A stretch of 62,639 nucleotides of DNA, filler included, from Choristocarpus tenellus KU-1152 (Eukaryota > Protista > Phaeophyceae): the NCBI GenBank assembly GCA_964200185.2. It is 12 parts of 12 records of this genome, joined end to end, with 100 filler letters (N's around TTAATTAATTAA, not from the genome) between each part and the next. Parts side by side here need not be neighbours in the genome. Positions count along the whole stretch, not along the records: positions 59,572 to 62,639 come from CAXNAD020022543.1; 11 more parts are not named here. One strand, written 5' to 3'. A model generated the notes under the pieces. That model searched no databases and was not told where the DNA came from. It saw nothing but the letters and a program-made list of their open reading frames with translations. Within the stretch, counting starts at the first letter, position 1. The number at the start of each line of letters is the position of its first letter. Made by a program: the position numbers and the translations under genes. Below, piece after piece: positions 61,869-62,639 of this stretch.

Positions 61869-62639
61869 TGGCGGCAATGTTTCGGTTGTGTACATAAACT
61901 GATTTGCGTTAAATGGTATTGTACCATATTAGTATCCATTGGAACGGGCTGTAGGTTTCTTCTGCATTGGTTCACCAACACAAAAGTTACTGGGATGGCT
62001 TGTTCCGGATTTGTAGAAGAGTCTTCTTCCACAGGAGGAGTTAGTACACCGGATGGTGATTCGAATGCATTTCTATTGAAAACGAGGGCTGAGTTGAGCT
62101 TTCGATTTCCATGATCCATCTGCTGCAGCGTTGTAGGGAGGGAAGAAAATCGAAGCTCCCACAGACGTCTCTTTGACCTATGCCCTTGTGAGAAAGTTTT
62201 GAGGGTATTGTCCGAGTTCATGTATATTCATACATAACATTTTGTTTTGTTTTGTGGTAGTATTCCTACCGCAATGCTTTTTGAGGGTTAGGGCTATTCA
62301 ATTAATTTTTATATTTTGTTTATAGGTGCAGGAAAACTTCCCCACAGTGGTGATTTGCATAGGATTTTGGTATATATGCACAATCCAGAAGAGTTGATAG
62401 TGGCTGCGTTGCTCTACTTCAGATCTGTAAATCCTGTTCCGGACAGTGTTCGGATAATGACAACAACACTGCTGTGTCTAGAACGCGAGGGCATAGAAAT
62501 TGTTAGGGTGAATGTCTGCATCCCACTGACAGAATGTGGGATGTGCAAGGTCAACTGTATGCCTGTAGTACTTCTAAGCATGAAGGGGGATCACTTGGTG
62601 GCCACTTTCATTTGTGACAGGTACAGTAGTGCTATATCA

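Noticed and set aside
1-62639. Fanzor/TnpB, viral hallmark genes, rRNA or intact tRNA genes
   Set aside because: No RuvC with zinc finger, capsid, packaging ATPase, polB, rRNA or complete cloverleaf patterns were recognised by eye. Most 60-150 aa ORFs in the track are antisense shadows or chance frames.

Overview
Eukaryotic, repeat-dominated DNA. The window is 12 separate contigs joined by an artificial 100-nt spacer (N44-TTAATTAATTAA-N44), so adjacency across spacers means nothing. TTAGGG tracts, roughly 0.7-1 kb GT-AG introns and transposon protein motifs that I recall from brown algae suggest a brown alga or close stramenopile relative; this is an inference. Transposon content: two paralogous decayed Ty3/Gypsy pol copies plus further Gypsy and Copia remnants, a decayed APE-RT LINE, two 3' fragments of a CRE-like non-LTR element, a plant-type mariner pseudogene (DD40D) and an internally deleted pogo. 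The window also holds three in-phase exons of a probable host chromatin gene (Tudor-like, acidic, WHIM3-like), tRNA-like relics and short interstitial telomeric repeats. The most notable structure is a dense group of about 17 TIR-element copies or ends in three related families. They share an AAAGTATCT TIR core and a GTCC(A/G)TTT subterminal motif but make 4-bp or 3-bp non-TA target duplications. One such TIR terminates a segment carrying a transposase-like fragment, which may be the autonomous partner. I see no intact novel multi-gene system. All family assignments are by eye and from memory, not from database searches.
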